Shown here: in pieces, positions 61,869 to 64,000 of the stretch | How the letters are laid out: every line of letters starts with the position of its first letter | How positions within the stretch are numbered: the first letter of the stretch is position 1 | Assembly (NCBI GenBank): GCA_965228895.1 | Contig: OZ245842.1 | Coordinates: 2,368,001-2,432,000 of the forward strand | DNA from: Alphaproteobacteria bacterium | GTDB taxonomy: Bacteria; Pseudomonadota; Alphaproteobacteria; SP197 | Direction of reading: 5' to 3' | DNA: 64,000 nt | Translations under genes and position numbers: made by a program | The notes under the pieces: generated by a model | Databases searched by the model: none | Seen by the model: only the letters and a program-made list of their open reading frames with translations | Told to the model about the DNA's origin: nothing

Positions 61869-63596
61869 ATGCTCACCTTAGGGATTCACCCCGGCTATCA
61901 TGACGCAGCCGCCGCGCTGTTTGACGACTACCGCCTGGTGGCGGCGGTTGCGCGCGAGCGGCTGACCCGGCGCAAGGGCGACGGCCGCGGCGACGTACCC
62001 GGCGATTGCGTCGACGAGGTTCTGGCGATCGCCGGCACGACACGGCGCGATGTCGACATGGTGGCCAGCACGCGCTCAGCGCTGCCGCAGAGCCTCTACA
62101 CCCATTTCCGAGGCCGCCGCGCCATCGAGGGGCGCGTGCGCCAAGCGTTTGATGCCGAAAAGCTGCGCTTTCTGGCGCTCGAATTGCGCCGCGCCGATAG
62201 CATCAACGCGCTCGACATCATCGATCGAACGGCCTTGCTTGACCGCTATGGTTTTCGCGACGACGCCACCCTGTCATTCGTCAACCATCACGAAGCGCAC
62301 GCCCTGCCGGCGTTGTTCTTCACCGATTGGGACGAGGCCCTGCTCTATACGGCCGATGGCGGCGGCGACAACGTGCAGTATTCCATGCGCGGATTCCGCG
62401 ACGGCGCGCTTCAGACGCTCTACGGCGGTGACGAGGAGCTGCTCAAGGCCAACCGCATCGACAGCCTGGGTATGGCTTATGGCTATTGCACGCAGGTGCT
62501 CGGCTGGAAAATGAACCGCCACGAAGGCAAGTTGACCGGGCTTGCGGCCTATGGCGAGCCCGTCTGTTTTGAGCGACTGGCAGAGCACTTCCACATCGCC
62601 GATAGCGGTGAGATCACCAGCAACTTCGGCAGCTACGCCGAAATGAAGACGTTTCTGGCCGGTCTTGCCGAGCAGGTTAGCCGCGAAGATCTGTCCGCGT
62701 CGATCCAGCACCTGCTGGAGCACCATGTTCTCACCTCGGCGCAGCGTTTTCTGGCGCGCTTTCCTTCCCGCCGTCTGGGTCTGGCCGGCGGCGTCTTTGC
62801 CAATGTCCGGCTCAACCGCCTGCTGGCCGAACAGACCGATGTCGACGAGGTCTTTGTCTTTCCGGCGATGGGCGATGATGGTTTGGCGGTCGGTGCCTGC
62901 CTTAACGCCTTGCGCGAACGCGACGGCTTCAGCCACTGGCTCGATCAACGCTACCGGCTGGACGACGTCTATCTGGGCCGCGACCACGGCAAAGCGATCG
63001 ATGATGTGCTTGAGAATACCCCCGGTGTCATCTCGGACCCGGACAATCCGGTCGCCGCGGCGGTCACGCGTCTGTCAGACGGTCAGGCCGGCGCCATCTA
63101 CACGGCGCGCATGGAGTATGGGCCACGGGCACTTGGCGCGCGCACCATCTTGGGCAACCCGAGTGACCCCACCATCAACGACAGCCTTAACAAGCGGCTG
63201 GCGAGAAGCGAGTTCATGCCTTTCGCACCGGTCGTCACGGAAGAAGACGCCGGCGAGGTCTTTGAAGTCAGCGACCTCAACCGTTACGCCTGCCGTTTCA
63301 TGACCATTACCTGCGCGGTCAAGCCGGCATGGCGCGAGCGCATCCCCGCCGTCGTTCATGTCGACGGCACGGCGCGGCCCCAGGTCATCCGGCGCGACAG
63401 CAACCCGCTCTATTTCGACATCCTGCAGGGCTTCAAGCAGGCCACCGGCCTGCCGGTGCTGATCAACACGTCCTTCAACGTGCACGAGGAGCCGATCGTC
63501 GATACGCCGGAACAGTGCCAGCGGGCACTGCTCGACGACCGTGTCGACTTCGTCGTGACACAAAAGGCCCTCTATCGGTTGGCAGAGCGCGCCTAG
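61869..63596 (+). CDS. Carbamoyltransferase, NodU/CmcH family
   Basis: HDAAAA, NHHEAH, EGKLTGLA, AGGVFANV, EYGPRALG, HVDGTARPQ, NTSFN. Confidence 0.93.
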   Translation: MLTLGIHPGYHDAAAALFDDYRLVAAVARERLTRRKGDGRGDVPGDCVDEVLAIAGTTRRDVDMVASTRSALPQSLYTHFRGRRAIEGRVRQAFDAEKLRFLALELRRADSINALDIIDRTALLDRYGFRDDATLSFVNHHEAHALPALFFTDWDEALLYTADGGGDNVQYSMRGFRDGALQTLYGGDEELLKANRIDSLGMAYGYCTQVLGWKMNRHEGKLTGLAAYGEPVCFERLAEHFHIADSGEITSNFGSYAEMKTFLAGLAEQVSREDLSASIQHLLEHHVLTSAQRFLARFPSRRLGLAGGVFANVRLNRLLAEQTDVDEVFVFPAMGDDGLAVGACLNALRERDGFSHWLDQRYRLDDVYLGRDHGKAIDDVLENTPGVISDPDNPVAAAVTRLSDGQAGAIYTARMEYGPRALGARTILGNPSDPTINDSLNKRLARSEFMPFAPVVTEEDAGEVFEVSDLNRYACRFMTITCAVKPAWRERIPAVVHVDGTARPQVIRRDSNPLYFDILQGFKQATGLPVLINTSFNVHEEPIVDTPEQCQRALLDDRVDFVVTQKALYRLAERA

Positions 63597-63730
63597 AGCA
63601 AATCCTGTTTTGATGGAGTCGCTTCGCGATGGCATCAAGGCAGGTGAATCTGCTCTACTTATCAATCGAGAGCGGATTCACGTGGTTGGGTGGAACCATC
63701 AAGCGGTTCCACCCAACCACGATCCGCTCA
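63594..63730. repeat. Double-hairpin palindromic repeat (RIME/MITE-like)
   Basis: Hairpin 1 TAGAGCA...TGCTCTA (63594-63657); hairpin 2 GAGCGGAT...GTGGTTGGGTGGAACC-loop-GGTTCCACCCAACCAC-GATCCGCTC. Confidence 0.75.
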
Positions 63731-63776
63731 ATGCGGTGACAATCGATCGGGCGGGAGCCTGGAGGACGTGCCGACC

Positions 63777-64000
63777 GTGTTGAGACTGTTGACTGTGGTG
63801 GCGCTGGTCGTCCTGCTGCTGCCCCGCGCAGCCGAGGCGGAACGCACCGAACTCGTTATCGGTATCAGCCAGTTCCCGCCGTCGCTCAATCCCGTGCTCG
63901 ACAGCAGCCTGGCGCAAAGTTTCGTGCTGGGCATGACACGCCGGCCGTTCACGGTGTTCGATCAGGCCTGGGAGCTCGTCTGCCTGCTGTGCACCGGCCT
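63777..64000 (+). CDS. Peptide ABC transporter substrate-binding protein (family 5), 5' part
   Basis: Manual translation (V)LRLLTVVALVVLLLPRAAEAERTELVIGISQFPPSLNPVLDS...WELVCLLCT; GGAGG RBS. Confidence 0.8.
   Translation, partial: MLRLLTVVALVVLLLPRAAEAERTELVIGISQFPPSLNPVLDSSLAQSFVLGMTRRPFTVFDQAWELVCLLCTG

Overview
High-GC alphaproteobacterial chromosome segment, probably Rhodospirillales-like (inferred from gene content and synteny), made mostly of core genes. In order: queA(partial)-coaD-gyrA, ssb/uvrA with a LexA box, dcd, trmFO, hpnCDE, NDUFAF6- and NDUFAF3-like genes, secF-secD-yajC, the nlpD-pcm-surE-serS-tatCBA-scpBA-nagZ-SPOR-argS-dgt-erpA-xth block, ilvD, valS-popZ-tolC-pcm and tRNA-Cys. 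Small accessory insertions interrupt this backbone: a patatin-like gene, an orphan polyamine-type SBP, a CoA-transferase/GST pair, a HAD hydrolase, three tandem GFA genes, a non-Pyl MttB, a homocysteine S-methyltransferase-like gene, DUF1989/GATase, two MFS transporters, a geranylgeranyl reductase-like gene and a carbamoyltransferase. I found no integrase, transposase, prophage, CRISPR array or rRNA, and no clear multi-gene novel system. The best leads are (i) an unannotated structured sRNA candidate with its own promoter, palindromic operator and terminator downstream of tRNA-Cys, (ii) a 30-aa microprotein that looks like the split-off first helix of a PuuD-like membrane protein, (iii) short islands of A/T-ending synonymous codons inside conserved genes, sharpest in uvrA, (iv) Cys-pair changes in the periplasmic parts of TatC and SecD, (v) a GFA triplet beside methylated-amine-type genes, and (vi) a palindromic repeat family that overlaps stop codons. 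All calls come from reading motifs by eye; no database searches were run.
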